A program made the translations under genes and the position numbers. From Methanosphaera stadtmanae DSM 3091 (GTDB lineage Archaea > Methanobacteriota > Methanobacteria > Methanobacteriales > Methanobacteriaceae): 32,000 nt of DNA. Shown here one piece after another: positions 1 through 10,700 of the stretch (the stretch's first letter is position 1; each line of letters begins with the position of its first letter). The DNA lies in contig NC_007681.1 in NCBI RefSeq assembly GCF_000012545.1, forward strand, positions 1,020,001-1,052,000. The letters are read 5' to 3'. Under the pieces are notes generated by a model, which searched no databases, was not told where the DNA came from, and worked only from the letters and a program-made list of their open reading frames with translations.

Positions 1-142
1 AATCTCCTTTTCTTACAGGGAAGGATCTTCTGTTAAATTCTTCTTTAAGATCATCAGAAAGATGTACACTCATTGAGTTGTGACGTTTATGTAGTGGTGC
101 TGTATATAAAGCTTTACGTTGTTTTCTTGGTTGTTTTGACAT
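1..142 (-). CDS. rpl24: 50S ribosomal protein L24 (uL24), N-terminal fragment; the gene continues past the window start
   Basis: Manual reverse-complement translation from the ATG at 142-140 gives [47 protein letters not shown], an archaeal L24 N-terminus. It lies directly downstream of L14, as in the archaeal S17-L14-L24 order. It is absent from the ORF track because it runs off the window. Confidence 0.85.
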   Translation of the reverse strand, partial: MSKQPRKQRKALYTAPLHKRHNSMSVHLSDDLKEEFNRRSFPVRKGD

Positions 143-151
143 AATATTCAC

Positions 152-550
152 CTATACTATTATACTTGCAGCACTACCTATTGCTGGCCAAAGATCTGCA
201 GCTTCTTTTGCTATTGGACCTCTGATTTCTGAACCTTTAAGAACACCATCTTCGGTAATAATTACTGCTGCATTGTCTTCAAATTTAACTCTTAGACCAT
301 CTGCTCGTCTGTATTCTTTTTTCTGACGAACAACTACTGCTGTTGTAACTTCTCTTCTCATGTCAGCTGTTCCTTTTTTAACAGAAATAACTACCATGTC
401 ACCTACTCCAGCTGAAGCAAGTCTTCTTCTTACTCCTTTAAATCCTTTTACTGAAATAATTTCTACTTCACGTGCTCCTGTATTGTCTATACATTTAAGT
501 CTAGCACCGATTGGAAGTGATTTGGAGACGTTGGATGTAATTGCTTTCAT
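152..550 (-). CDS. rpl14: 50S ribosomal protein L14 (uL14)
   Basis: 132-aa [46 protein letters not shown] is the conserved uL14 core. Operon position is between S17 and L24. Confidence 0.97.
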   Translation of the reverse strand: MKAITSNVSKSLPIGARLKCIDNTGAREVEIISVKGFKGVRRRLASAGVGDMVVISVKKGTADMRREVTTAVVVRQKKEYRRADGLRVKFEDNAAVIITEDGVLKGSEIRGPIAKEAADLWPAIGSAASIIV

Positions 551-555
551 ATTAT

Positions 556-876
556 CTATTCTCCTTCTTTAACTTCTACTAGCACAAAATGTTTAGTTTT
601 ACTAAGTTGTCTACATTCTGCAATTTTTACAGAATCTCCAACTTTAACATCAAGACAATCTGGTTTATGTGCTTTTATTTTAGAATTTCTTTTTTCGTAT
701 CTTTCAAATTTGTTTATATACTTATAGAAACTTCTTTCTACAGTAATTGTACGATCTGCCTTATCACTTGTAACTGTTCCTTCTATAACTTGACCTCTTA
801 CAGAGAGTTCACCGTGAAATGGACAGTTAGGATCATGACATTCTTTTTCTGGTTGCTTAACATTAATGCCTACCAT
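556..876 (-). CDS. rps17: 30S ribosomal protein S17 (uS17)
   Basis: 106-aa ORF. The [25 protein letters not shown]...TITVE pattern is typical of archaeal S17. It is 5 nt upstream of L14. Confidence 0.96.
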   Translation of the reverse strand: MVGINVKQPEKECHDPNCPFHGELSVRGQVIEGTVTSDKADRTITVERSFYKYINKFERYEKRNSKIKAHKPDCLDVKVGDSVKIAECRQLSKTKHFVLVEVKEGE

Positions 877-880
877 ATTT

Positions 881-1162
881 TCACCTAATTTTTGTAAATT
901 TCTTTTTTATCCGGTCTTCAGGGCGGGCTGTAATAACTTTTCCATCGATAGAAACTTTTTCACCTTGAGGTAGTGTAAATAAAAATACTACATCACTCTT
1001 AGGTATTAGTTTCTCATTTTTACCCGTATCTACTCTGATAGTATTACGCGTTTCATCAATAATTATCCCTTTTATTCCAATGAATTTCTCATGTTTACTG
1101 TTGATAACCTCAACATTTAAACCTATAAATTCATGTCTGAATACATTTTGTGGAGTTATCAT
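881..1162 (-). CDS. rnp1: RNase P protein component 1 (Rpp29/Pop4 family)
   Basis: 93-aa [22 protein letters not shown]...DETRNTIRV...[11 protein letters not shown] matches the archaeal Rpp29 family as I recall it from Methanothermobacter. It holds the conserved position between SUI1 and S17. Confidence 0.9.
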   Translation of the reverse strand: MITPQNVFRHEFIGLNVEVINSKHEKFIGIKGIIIDETRNTIRVDTGKNEKLIPKSDVVFLFTLPQGEKVSIDGKVITARPEDRIKKKFTKIR

Positions 1163-1176
1163 ACTAAAACTTCACA

Positions 1177-1220
1177 TTATTGAATATTTCCCTGTTTCAA
1201 TAAACTAAAATGTTATTGAA
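1177..1220 (-). promoter_or_regulatory. Three copies of an 8-mer (TTATTGAA / TTCAATAA / TTATTGAA) able to form two mutually exclusive hairpins, in the SUI1-rnp1 spacer
   Basis: Plus strand: TTATTGAA at 1177-1184, its reverse complement TTCAATAA at 1196-1203, and TTATTGAA again at 1213-1220. This is the only sizeable gap (94 nt) inside the otherwise tightly packed operon. A TATA-like AAATTATATTT lies nearby on the coding strand. Confidence 0.25.
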
Positions 1221-1256
1221 ATATAATTTAAATCTTCTCTTTTAAATAGACTGAAT

Positions 1257-1562
1257 CTATTTTATTTCTATAGTATCTGAGGAAAAACCCATTCCTGCAA
1301 GTACTTCTTTAACTTTTCTTTTATGGTCTCCTTGAAGTTCAATTTGACCTTTTTTGGAAGTACCTCCACAGGCACATTTGGATTTAAGAGTTTTAGTTAA
1401 TTCACGTATATCAATATCATGTTCATCAATTCCTTCAACTATAGTCATAAGTTTTCCAAAACGACGACGTACTGTATATACTTTAACTTTTTGAACTTCA
1501 CGAGCTATCTCTTCACAAACACATAGATCTTTTGGAAGACCGCATATTTCACAGATTTTCAT
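1257..1562 (-). CDS. sui1: Translation initiation factor aSUI1 (eIF1 homolog)
   Basis: [45 protein letters not shown]...[16 protein letters not shown]-like SUI1 domain. I prefer the internal ATG at 1562 (101 aa). It is preceded by GGGAG about 9 nt upstream and avoids a 26-nt overlap with L29. The track ORF extends to 1595. Confidence 0.9.
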   Translation of the reverse strand: MKICEICGLPKDLCVCEEIAREVQKVKVYTVRRRFGKLMTIVEGIDEHDIDIRELTKTLKSKCACGGTSKKGQIELQGDHKRKVKEVLAGMGFSSDTIEIK

Positions 1563-1569
1563 CTCTATT

Positions 1570-1776
1570 TTATTCTCCCTGCTGTTTGTTTTCATTCATT
1601 ATAGTAAGAACACGGGCTATAGTTCTTCTAGTTTCTTTAATTTTACCAGGGTTGTCTACTCCAGCTACAGCACCTTTACTTACTAAAGTATCATATTCAG
1701 CATGAAGTTCAGTAAGTTTTACTTCAAGGTCTGATGGACTTAAATCCCTTAATTCTTTACTTCTTAAAATAACCAT
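1570..1776 (-). CDS. rpl29: 50S ribosomal protein L29 (uL29)
   Basis: 68-aa [28 protein letters not shown]...[13 protein letters not shown] is the uL29 helical hairpin pattern. It lies downstream of S3. Confidence 0.93.
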   Translation of the reverse strand: MVILRSKELRDLSPSDLEVKLTELHAEYDTLVSKGAVAGVDNPGKIKETRRTIARVLTIMNENKQQGE

Positions 1777-1788
1777 AAGTAATTCCCC

Positions 1789-2547
1789 TTATTCTTCTAA
1801 AGTTTCAACATCTTCTATTTCTTCAGTAATCTCTTCTATTTCAGATTCTTCAGAAAGTTCTTCTAATATATCTTCACCAGTGATTTCTTCAACTATTTCA
1901 GATTCTTGAACTTCAGGAACTTCCTGAGCTACAGGTTCTTCAACATCAACAATTTCAGGTTCACTGATTTCTATATTGTCAGGTAAAGTTACTTCAGGAG
2001 GCATGATTCTTACATAAATTCCAAGTACACCAGGTTTTAATTGAACAGTTGCAAATCCTTCTTTAACATATTTAATTGAAGGTTCTCCACATTTTTTAAT
2101 GTATCCTTCATTGAATTTTGCACAAGCTGATCTTGAACCTCTAATTTTACCGGAAATAGTAACTTCTACTCCTTGAGCTCCAGCAGACATTATTCTTCTA
2201 ATAATAGAATATGCTACTCTTCTAAATTGCATTCCTCTTTGTAACATTGCTACAACTTTGTGTGCCATGATTCTTGGGTTTAATTCAGGAACATCTACTT
2301 CTTTAACTTCCACTTGTGGATTTTCTAGGTCAAAGTTGTTTTTAAGAGTTTTTGTAATAGCTCTTACAGTTTTTCCACCTCTACCAATAACCATTCCTGG
2401 TTTTTCAGCATAAACAATAACCATGGTTCCAACAGGTGTTACTTGAATATCCATTCCACCATATCCTGCTCTTTCGAGTTTGGTTTCAAGATATTCATCT
2501 ATTCGTGTTCTTTTTAATCCTTCTTTAACGAAATCTTTTTCAATCAT
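1789..2547 (-). CDS. rps3: 30S ribosomal protein S3 (uS3) with an acidic C-terminal tail
   Basis: 252-aa ORF with the KH-domain segment VIGRGGKTVRAITKTLK and the uS3 C-domain. The last ~55 aa are E/I/V-rich. Confidence 0.96.
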   Translation of the reverse strand: MIEKDFVKEGLKRTRIDEYLETKLERAGYGGMDIQVTPVGTMVIVYAEKPGMVIGRGGKTVRAITKTLKNNFDLENPQVEVKEVDVPELNPRIMAHKVVAMLQRGMQFRRVAYSIIRRIMSAGAQGVEVTISGKIRGSRSACAKFNEGYIKKCGEPSIKYVKEGFATVQLKPGVLGIYVRIMPPEVTLPDNIEISEPEIVDVEEPVAQEVPEVQESEIVEEITGEDILEELSEESEIEEITEEIEDVETLEE

Positions 2548-2553
2548 GTGTAC

Positions 2554-3018
2554 TTAGGCCTCCCCTAATACGATTTGAATGTGTGTAGTAGGTGTATTTG
2601 AAGGACTTGCTCTTCCAAATGCTCTTGGAGTCCAACCTCTTATAATTACTCCTCTGTTTGCACAAACATGAACTAATTTAAGGTTTTCTACATCTAATTC
2701 TTCGTTTTCAGCATTAGCTTCTGCATTTTCTAAAACTTTTAAGATTGCAGCTGCAGCTTTAACAGGATATCTACCAGATGGCCATCCTTTTAAATCACTT
2801 CTGTGACCTACTTTTTTGTTGTGTCTTTTAAATGGTACAACTGTTTTTTTAGCAATAACATCTTCTAAGAATGCTTTAGCATCTTCTAAATACATGTTAC
2901 GAATAGTTCTACAGATTTCCACTGAATGTTTAGGAGAAATTTTAAGACTATGACCTGCTGCTTTTGCTATTTTTTCATCAGCTTTAGGTTGGTATGAATA
3001 AGTATTTTTCTTTGCCAT
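2554..3018 (-). CDS. rpl22: 50S ribosomal protein L22 (uL22)
   Basis: The uL22 core is [17 protein letters not shown]...[14 protein letters not shown] chose the ATG at 3018 because the GGAG at 3032-3029 lies 10 nt upstream of it but only 1 nt from the track start at 3027. Confidence 0.93.
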   Translation of the reverse strand: MAKKNTYSYQPKADEKIAKAAGHSLKISPKHSVEICRTIRNMYLEDAKAFLEDVIAKKTVVPFKRHNKKVGHRSDLKGWPSGRYPVKAAAAILKVLENAEANAENEELDVENLKLVHVCANRGVIIRGWTPRAFGRASPSNTPTTHIQIVLGEA

Positions 3019-3036
3019 AAATAACATTCTCCTTAT

Positions 3037-3447
3037 CTATTTAAGTGGTACAAACATTGATGATCTTGTAGCACCCATACCAGGGTCTCCGTGTTGTACT
3101 CTTCCACGTGTTTGTGCAAATTCTCCAAAGTAACATCCAATCATTTCAGGTTGTATTGTTACTTCAACAAATTCTTGTCCATTGTAGATACCAAAAGTGT
3201 ATCCTACCATATTTGGAAGTACAATCATATCACGACAATGTGTTTTAATAACTATTGGTCTTCCACTATCATTTTTCATATCTTTAACTTTTTCCATTTT
3301 ATCAAGAACTTTTTCTTGTCTTGGTAAAAATCCTCTTTTAAGAGATCTTCTTTGTCTTGATGGTAATAATTCTATAACTTCATCAAGTGACATTTCTTGA
3401 AGCTCTTCAAGAGTATATCCTCTGAATTTAAAAATCTTACGAGCCAA
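3037..3447 (-). CDS. rps19: 30S ribosomal protein S19 (uS19)
   Basis: 136-aa [51 protein letters not shown] is the uS19 signature region. Confidence 0.96.
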   Translation of the reverse strand: MARKIFKFRGYTLEELQEMSLDEVIELLPSRQRRSLKRGFLPRQEKVLDKMEKVKDMKNDSGRPIVIKTHCRDMIVLPNMVGYTFGIYNGQEFVEVTIQPEMIGCYFGEFAQTRGRVQHGDPGMGATRSSMFVPLK

Positions 3448-3461
3448 TTAAGTGCCTCCTT

Positions 3462-4187
3462 CTATCGTCTTTTACCTGTACGTTTAGCTGCTATGGAACC
3501 AACTTTTCTACCTGCAGGTGCATGTCTTGAGATAGTAGTAGGTCTTCCTGGATGTTGTCTGTTACCTCCACCGTGTGGGTGATCTACAGCGTTCATTGCA
3601 ACACCTCTAACAGTCATCATTTTCTTACCTTTAGCTTTTAATGCGTGATATCTGTTACCAGCTTTAAGGAATGGTTTTTCTTTTCTTCCTCCACCTGCAA
3701 CAACACCAACAGTAGCTCTACTTCTTGGGTTGAATGCTTTTAATTCACCTGATGGCATTTCAATCATTGTTTTATCAACATCATGTGTAATTAAAGATGC
3801 ATATGTTCCAGATGATCTTACAAATTTTCCACCATCTCCAGGGTTATTTTCAATGTTGAAAACTGGAGTTCCTTCTGGAATTTCACTTAATGGTAATGTG
3901 TTTCCTGGTTCAATAGATGCAGATACACCACATTCTATTTCATCATCAATTGCAATACTTTCTGGTGCAAGAACTAATTTTTCTTCACCATTATCGAATT
4001 TAACTACTGCAACTGGTGCTGAACGTCCAGGATCATGTATAATATCTATAACAATACCTGTTAAACTTCCTTCTCTTTCAAGTTTATCATAAGAACGGTA
4101 TGCTACTTTTCCTCTGAATCTGTGTGATGAACTACGGTATGTTGGAGTTCCTCGACCTCTTCTTTGAATAATCAATCGTTTTCCCAT
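3462..4187 (-). CDS. rpl2: 50S ribosomal protein L2 (uL2)
   Basis: 241-aa ORF with RGVAMNAVDHPHGGG, the universal uL2 motif. Position is between L23 and S19. Confidence 0.98.
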   Translation of the reverse strand: MGKRLIIQRRGRGTPTYRSSSHRFRGKVAYRSYDKLEREGSLTGIVIDIIHDPGRSAPVAVVKFDNGEEKLVLAPESIAIDDEIECGVSASIEPGNTLPLSEIPEGTPVFNIENNPGDGGKFVRSSGTYASLITHDVDKTMIEMPSGELKAFNPRSRATVGVVAGGGRKEKPFLKAGNRYHALKAKGKKMMTVRGVAMNAVDHPHGGGNRQHPGRPTTISRHAPAGRKVGSIAAKRTGKRR

Positions 4188-4213
4188 AATTAATCCTCCT
4201 ATTTAAATCCTAC

Positions 4214-4474
4214 TTAGAATACACCTAATCTTACAGCAATATCTTCTGCTGCATCAGCTTCTTCTAATTCAATTGTAGCAACTTTATTTCCTCTAGGAGT
4301 GATATGAGTATTTACGCCTACAACTTTTGTATCGTATAAATCTTGGAAAGCTTCTTTAATTACTCTTTTATTAGCAGATCTACGAACCACAAATGTGATT
4401 TTATTTTCATCATAAATTTGATTCATTGTCTTTTCTGATAATTGTGGTTTTATTATTACTGAATATGGATCCAT
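4214..4474 (-). CDS. rpl23: 50S ribosomal protein L23 (uL23)
   Basis: 86-aa ORF. IIKPQLSEKTMNQIYDENKITFVVRRSANKRVIKEAF is the uL23 pattern. It lies between L4 and L2. Confidence 0.94.
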   Translation of the reverse strand: MDPYSVIIKPQLSEKTMNQIYDENKITFVVRRSANKRVIKEAFQDLYDTKVVGVNTHITPRGNKVATIELEEADAAEDIAVRLGVF

Positions 4475-4479
4475 AATAA

Positions 4480-5259
4480 CTAACTCCTATTTTTTTGGAA
4501 TAAATCTCCAAGTTTTTCTATAGCAGATTTTGTGTAAATTGTTAATCTTCCTGCATGAGTTCCAGGTGCAAGTAATTCTGCGTTAATATTATTTACTTCA
4601 ACAACATCTACACCAGCATGGTTTCTTGCTCCTAAACTTATTCCACGATCATTACCAACAACTACTAGAGGACCTTTAGGTGTTCTGTATTTTCTTCCTC
4701 TTAGTTTTCCTTTACCAGATTTAATTTTTCTTCCTTTTTTAGCTCTTACTATGTCATCCATAATACCTAAATCTTTGAAGATTTCTCTGGTTTCTTTTGT
4801 TGTTTTTACAGTTTCAATTTCATCATCTATAACAAAAGGAATTTGTTCAAGTTCTGAAACTTGGTGACCTCTTTGTTCTACTAATTCTTTGTTAGCAGTT
4901 GCTGCAATAGCTGATCTTATTGCTAAGGTTCTTTCTTTTTTGTTAATTTTTTCATGATAAATTGTATTTACTCGTGGAGGATGTGCTTTTCTACCACCAA
5001 TTGCTTGTGGTACAAATGCTGCTTTTGAGGATCCTTTTACACGAGGTACCATTGCTGCTCCTCTACCGGAACCAAATGATTCTGCTGTTGTTCTTTTACC
5101 AGCCATTGGGTCTGTACCCCATGGTTGAATTCTAGCAGTTTGCATAGAAATTACAGCTCTTTTAATTACATCTGGTCTGTATTCTTCTTCAAATATTTCT
5201 GGGAGCTCAATTTCCTCGGTGATGTCGCCTTTTAATGAATAAACGTTAATTTTTGCCAT
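4480..5259 (-). CDS. rpl4: 50S ribosomal protein L4 (uL4)
   Basis: Archaeal L4 pattern: MAKINVYSLKG...GRGAAMVPRVKG...GRKAHPP. I prefer the ATG at 5259, which has a GTGAT Shine-Dalgarno-like element 4 nt upstream. The track start at 5268 is the GTG inside that element. Confidence 0.94.
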   Translation of the reverse strand: MAKINVYSLKGDITEEIELPEIFEEEYRPDVIKRAVISMQTARIQPWGTDPMAGKRTTAESFGSGRGAAMVPRVKGSSKAAFVPQAIGGRKAHPPRVNTIYHEKINKKERTLAIRSAIAATANKELVEQRGHQVSELEQIPFVIDDEIETVKTTKETREIFKDLGIMDDIVRAKKGRKIKSGKGKLRGRKYRTPKGPLVVVGNDRGISLGARNHAGVDVVEVNNINAELLAPGTHAGRLTIYTKSAIEKLGDLFQKNRS

Positions 5260-5277
5260 ACTTATCACTCTTTATAT

Positions 5278-6291
5278 TTAGACTCCCTGTTTTGAAGTTG
5301 TGCTTATGTAAGATATTTCTGGAGCAGTTACTTGTTTACTTGCATTTCTTACTCCTTTTCTTAAAACAACTAATCTTTTTGATGGTCCAGGTAATGAACC
5401 TTTTACTAAGATATAATTATTTTTTACAAATCCATATTTTACAAATCCACCATCTGGGTTTATTAAGTCAACCTCAGATTCATCTCCTATTTTTAGGAGT
5501 TTTTTGTTATATTCTGTTCTTTTATGGTAACCCATTTGACCTTGCATTGCAACGGTCCACATTGTTCTGTTAGGTGTCCATGGTCCTATAGATCCAACGT
5601 GTCTTTCTATACCACTACGTGCTGCTTTACCATATTGGATTCTTACACCGAATCTTTTTACAGGTCCTTGAACTCCTTTACCTTTGGTGGTAGCTATTGC
5701 ATCTGTATATTCTCCTTCTTGGAATACATCTTGAGGTGTAATTTCTTTACCTAATATACTAATAGCATATTCTAATTTATCTTCTACAGATTTTCCACCT
5801 AAACCAAATTCAAGAACTTCTGGTTTTTTCTTAGGCACACTGGTAAGTTTTGGTTTTGTATGAATTAGAACTCTTATTTCATCAATGTCATCGATTTTAT
5901 TTCTTAGTTCTTCAATTTTTGCTTCTATATCATCGAATTTTGGAACTGAGATTTTTCTTGATAATTCATCATCTAAATTATCATTTGCGATAACATCAGT
6001 TAAAGTTTTTAATCCGTAAGTTGTTTTTGTGTAAGCTCTAATTCCCAACACTACTAAAGGTGGTGCCTCTAATATTGTAACTGGAACTGAAAGTTCCATG
6101 TTTTCTGTTGGAGAACCTTTTCTAGAATCCAGAGCCGTCACGTGGGTCATACCCACCTTGTATCCTGCGAATGCGAGAAGCCCAGCCTCATCGAGTTCTG
6201 GCCAGGTACTTACACGAGGTGTTTCTCTAGCCACTCTTTTACGAGGACTGAATGCAACCGATCCTTTTCTTGGTTGGTGATGTCTAGTCAT
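5278..6291 (-). CDS. rpl3: 50S ribosomal protein L3 (uL3)
   Basis: 337-aa ORF. HQPRKGSVAFSPRKR...GYKVGMTHV...TKGKGVQGPVKRFGV...GQMGYHKRTEYNK is typical archaeal L3. It is the first ribosomal gene of the cluster. Confidence 0.97.
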   Translation of the reverse strand: MTRHHQPRKGSVAFSPRKRVARETPRVSTWPELDEAGLLAFAGYKVGMTHVTALDSRKGSPTENMELSVPVTILEAPPLVVLGIRAYTKTTYGLKTLTDVIANDNLDDELSRKISVPKFDDIEAKIEELRNKIDDIDEIRVLIHTKPKLTSVPKKKPEVLEFGLGGKSVEDKLEYAISILGKEITPQDVFQEGEYTDAIATTKGKGVQGPVKRFGVRIQYGKAARSGIERHVGSIGPWTPNRTMWTVAMQGQMGYHKRTEYNKKLLKIGDESEVDLINPDGGFVKYGFVKNNYILVKGSLPGPSKRLVVLRKGVRNASKQVTAPEISYISTTSKQGV

Positions 6292-6358
6292 GTTATTTTC
6301 TCCTAATTTTATATTTGTTTTAAATGTGTTATTTACAGTTTAAGTAATAAAATACCAT

Positions 6359-7174
6359 TTAATTAAGTAAAATATTCAATATTGCTAATGTACTAGCTAC
6401 TGCTTCCTCTGTTCTGACTGTTTCAGTTCCCTGTTTAGGGACTGTATTAACTTCATAATCGAGTTTACGTTCATTTATTAAGCTGTTTATTCCAGAGTAT
6501 GGACCTCCGAATAAAATAGCTACATGATTAGCTTGTTGAATGCTTGTTTGAACCTCATCAAGAATAGAATTAATATTTGGAGCATATTTTGATGTTCCAA
6601 TAACCAAGTCTGGTTTATTTTTCATCATGGTTATGCTGTCATAGAGGTTACTGTCACTAGTAATTACATCATATCCCCAATAAACACTATCAGGTTCATC
6701 AGGTTCTATTAAAATTTCTTTACCTAGTTTTTCTATACGAAAACTTAGTACTTTATTGACACTTAGTTTTTCCTTACATAATGCAAGACGTCCCACACCT
6801 ATATCAACCATTGTACCTTTACGGACACGTTTAGTTGTTAATCCTTTTCTGAAGTCGCCAACATTAGCTTCATCAGTTGCTGGATGATGTGGTGTTCTAA
6901 GTGGTGGAAGTATTCCTACATTTTTCAGCTCCGGTGTAATCGGAAATACTTGTTTTCTCAAGTATTGAGGTGTATCCATGTATTCTAGGATAGTTTTCAT
7001 ATAGAGAGCATCATCTCTACTACCTCCGTCTGAATTATCATTGTAAATAACGATATTATTAGCCCTAAATAGAGCAGCATATCTTCCAATTAATCCAACT
7101 TTATATGTTCTTATTTTTGAATCTTTTGATTCGGCCAAAAAGCTATTTGGCACGAATATTGATAATTTTTCCAT
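6359..7174 (-). CDS. Putative SPOUT-superfamily RNA methyltransferase (DUF171/COG2106-type), conserved upstream of L3 in archaea
   Basis: MEKLSIFVPNSFLAESKDSKIRTYKVGLIGRYAALFRANNIVIY... resembles the conserved archaeal protein found upstream of rpl3 (MTH1-like, from memory). I chose the start at 7174 by homology to the M-x-LS-I/V-F-I/V-P N-termini. The track ORF begins 8 codons earlier at 7198. Confidence 0.75.
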   Translation of the reverse strand: MEKLSIFVPNSFLAESKDSKIRTYKVGLIGRYAALFRANNIVIYNDNSDGGSRDDALYMKTILEYMDTPQYLRKQVFPITPELKNVGILPPLRTPHHPATDEANVGDFRKGLTTKRVRKGTMVDIGVGRLALCKEKLSVNKVLSFRIEKLGKEILIEPDEPDSVYWGYDVITSDSNLYDSITMMKNKPDLVIGTSKYAPNINSILDEVQTSIQQANHVAILFGGPYSGINSLINERKLDYEVNTVPKQGTETVRTEEAVASTLAILNILLN

Positions 7175-7733
7175 AATAGAAAATTTGTTAAAAAACATAT
7201 TAAAGTTTTAAGGAAGTATTCATCAGTTGGAATACTATATTATATATTACTTCTAAACTATATATAAGTTTACCTATTAAGAAAATGTATTTTAGTATAC
7301 CTATTATAATATTTCTGAGTATTTGTGGATTTTTAGATTTATTTTTTAGAATACATGTTCTTGTTTTTATAATGGTTTTTCATGATATATTCCAGTTAAT
7401 TACTATAAAACTTCTGATTTATTCTTAATAGTTATTTGTAATATTTTAATATAATGAATATTAAAAAATAGGTTTTATTTATTTTTAATATTCCTATATA
7501 ATATTATATAAATGATATTATATAAAGATAAGTATAATTCATTCCTAAATTAATGTATTATTTAATAAATTTTTGTATTAATGTAATTAAAATAATATTA
7601 AATTGAATTAAATAATTTAAGTCTTGATTATTCATGTTAAATCATAAAATAATAGATCAAAAAATAGAATTTACATATCCACTATAAATAGCATACTGTA
7701 TATATTCAAGTTATAAAATCTCTTAAAGATTTC

Positions 7734-7748
7734 AAAAAAAGAAAAAAA
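7734..7748 (-). terminator. Oligo-T terminator candidate downstream of ALP-A (T7-C-T7 on the coding strand)
   Basis: Plus strand A7-G-A7 at 7734-7748, 33-47 nt beyond the ALP-A stop. It is followed on the coding strand by the small hairpin AAATCT-N5-AGATTT (about 7716-7732). Archaeal termination is driven by oligo-T tracts. Confidence 0.45.
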
Positions 7749-7780
7749 GAGAATTATATGTATCTTATTTATTAAAAATT

Positions 7781-10700
7781 TTAGCTTTTTACTACAGTTA
7801 TGGTACTATTTACATCGTTTCTATTGTATAATTTGTGTCCATATACACATGTGAATGTATAGTCTTGTGCTCTTGCATTTTCTGGTATTGTATAATCTAT
7901 TGTTACTAGTCCATCTTTTACTTCATGGTAAATTATATATCCCTCATTGTCTCTCATGGTTTTACCATTTACCTTGAATAGGACACGTCCTTCATTTACA
8001 TTAGCATCTTTTTCTGTTATTTTCACTGTTATTTTTATTGTTTGGCCTGGTTTTGCTGTTGTAGTGTTTGTTGTCATTGCCATTGTAGCTGTTTTTTTGG
8101 TTATGTTCATTGGTATTGTGTTGTTTGTTCTTGTTTGTTCATATGTGCTAGTTCCACCATAAACTACATTTAGTACTGATTTTATTTTAAACCAGTTTGC
8201 TGGTACTGTGTAGTTTTCTATCATTGCTATTCCATTTGTTACTGTTGTGTATATTATGTTTCCATTGGTGTCTTTTATTGTTTTTCCATTTACTTTGAAT
8301 ACTAAACGTCCTTCTGTTACAGGATTTCCATCTTCATCTGTTACTGTTGCTTTTAGATTGATTTTATCTCCTATTTGTGCATTTATTGGATCTATTGTTA
8401 CAGTAGTGCTGAGTTTATGTATATCCACGTTTATTGTTGTGTTTATTGCATTGTATGTTTCTGTTTCTTCATAGATGAATGTTAGGTTTTGATTAAAGTT
8501 TCCTCTGAAGATTTTAGTAAATATTCCTTTTCCATCAATTACATTGATTATTGCAAATGTGTTATTGTATTGGTCTATTACTGTTACTGTTCCATTTAAT
8601 GGATTTCCGTCTTCATCTGTTAGTGTTATTTGTATGTTTGTTTGTGTATTTGGTGTTGTTTTTACTGAGTCTACTTTGAGTATAGTATTTATTTTATCTA
8701 CGTTTACAGTTTGAGTAATTGTGTTTTCGTCATATTTACCTTCACCATCTCTATATGTTATTTGAATTGTATTTTCTCCATCTTTTGTTGGTGTGTAGTT
8801 GTATATAGCAATTCCATCTGTTAATGTTAATGTGGTTTCTTTCAAATAATTACCATTAATTATAACAATAACTGTACCATTTACGGCTTTATCCATCATT
8901 GAAGTAACATTTATCATTATTGGATATGTTTTACCCATTTTTATTTCTGATGGTATTGTTATGTTTATTTGTGTTTGATAGAATTCTTCTCCTATTGGAA
9001 AGTTATTTGATACGCTATTGCTTTTTCCAGTTTTTTTCACTGCATTATTACCTTGTGAGTCTATACTTTCAATATAATTCTCAGTTACTTTATTACGAAT
9101 ACCATTTATTATATCAATTACGGGAATACCATTGTTTTTAGCTTTAACAATTATTACGGAAGAAGAGATACTTACCCTAGTTGAATTTATGAATTTTACT
9201 GCAGTTGTTGGATTATCACTTTCTAGTTTTATGTTAAAATCATATAGAGTGATAAATTGTGCATTTATTATTTCGATTGCTGTTATATTATTTCCTTTTC
9301 CTTGAATATTATTATCTTCTATATATGGAGAGACATTAGTTAATGTGTTTCCTATAATTATTATTTTTGCAGGAGTATTATTATTTTCGTGATATATTAT
9401 ATTATTTTTTATAGTTACTGTTGAGTATATTTCTAGGCTTGTTTGTCTATCATCTGTGTTATGTATGTTTATTCCAGTCATGTTACTGTTTGTTGCATTT
9501 TCTGTGAAGATAATTGTTCCATTGTATATTGTGTAATTATTTGGATTTTCTATTATTACAGGATGATTAAAAATCATGTTTTTGTTAATTAAATCAGAAC
9601 CAAATTCTATCATGTTAATATTATCATTTAATGTTTGATTTGTAAAGTATTGATTATAATTGTTATTTGTTATTAGAACTCCAGGTTTGTTTTGATTCAT
9701 TGTGATATCTGTGGAATTTATTACATCTATTGTTAATTGTCCTTTTAAATCTTTTGTTTCTAAATAATTTTCAGTTATTGTTGCTTTATTTGAATTTTCT
9801 ATTATTATAAGAGGTATTTCAGTCTGATTTTCTGCTATTATATTATTTTTTGTAATTGATAAGTTTGTCGTGTTTTTGAATATACTTTGTATGGTGGTAT
9901 TTGTTAAGATGATATTTCTATTAATAGTTGAACTTTCACTATTTTCTATGTATATTGGAGTATTTTGTGTAGCATTCATTGTTATATTAGTGGAGGATAT
10001 TGATACTTTTTTATTGTTTACAAATATTGCTGTAGCATTATTTTTTGCATTTACTGTAATATCTGTGTTGGATACGTTTGTATTTATTAAGGCTATTATT
10101 TTTCCATTTTCTTCTGTTTTTGTTGTATTTACTGTGATGGTTCCCTTGGATATTGTTAAGGATCCTTCTGAGTATGTTGCTGTTGATACTTTAGTGTTGT
10201 CTTCTGAATTTATTTCTGGTGCATTTAGTGTTATATTTGTATTTATTATATTTGCTGTTGAATTATTATTTACATATATTGTCTGTGCTTGTTTTTCATT
10301 GTTGGTTTGTGTTATATTTGCATTATTAATGTTTACTTTTCCTGTCATAATGTTTATTATTGTTTTTCTATCATCTGTTATATTGAGTTTTAAATTGTTT
10401 AAGTTGCTTGTTTCTGTACTGTTTATTGTTATTGTTCCATTGTATATTGTGTAGTTTCTAGGGTTTTTTAATGTAATTGCATGGTTAAATATCATGTTTT
10501 TATTGTAAATATCAGATCCTATTGTTGTTTCTACTGTTTTATTAATATTGAATATTTGATTTACAAAATAGTCATTGTAATTATCATCTGTTAGAATTAT
10601 TATTTCTGGAATGTTGTTAGATAGAGTATTGTTTTTACTGTTTGTTTGGATAATTGTACTGTCTCCACCACGGAAATTATTACCATTGAGGTAGTTATTT

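Noticed and set aside
1563-1595. N-terminal extension of the SUI1 ORF ([11 protein letters not shown]...)
   Set aside because: It would overlap the end of L29 by 26 nt. The internal ATG at 1562 has a GGGAG element at proper spacing and gives the canonical MKICEICG N-terminus.
1789-1950. The acidic E/I/V-rich C-terminal tail of S3 as a fused extra domain
   Set aside because: It is continuous with the S3 frame. Archaeal S3 proteins of related methanogens have comparable lengths with acidic tails, as I recall, so it is not clearly unusual.
360-6280. Plus-strand ORFs within the ribosomal operon (360-572, 589-888, 3091-3327, 3197-3400, 3397-3582, 3730-4092, 5253-5573, 5524-5754, 6098-6280)
   Set aside because: Each lies fully antisense to a confidently identified ribosomal protein gene and has no recognisable motif or ribosome-binding site.
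7199-7780. The 580-bp AT-rich spacer scanned for tRNA, ncRNA or remnants of ALP upstream modules
   Set aside because: It contains no GC-rich stem structures, no poly-G tract and no AACTAAG inverted repeat. Only short AT repeats were found (for example TACCTATTA x2 and ATATTATATAAA x2), which are expected by chance. It presumably holds the ALP-A terminator and the SPOUT/ribosomal operon promoter.
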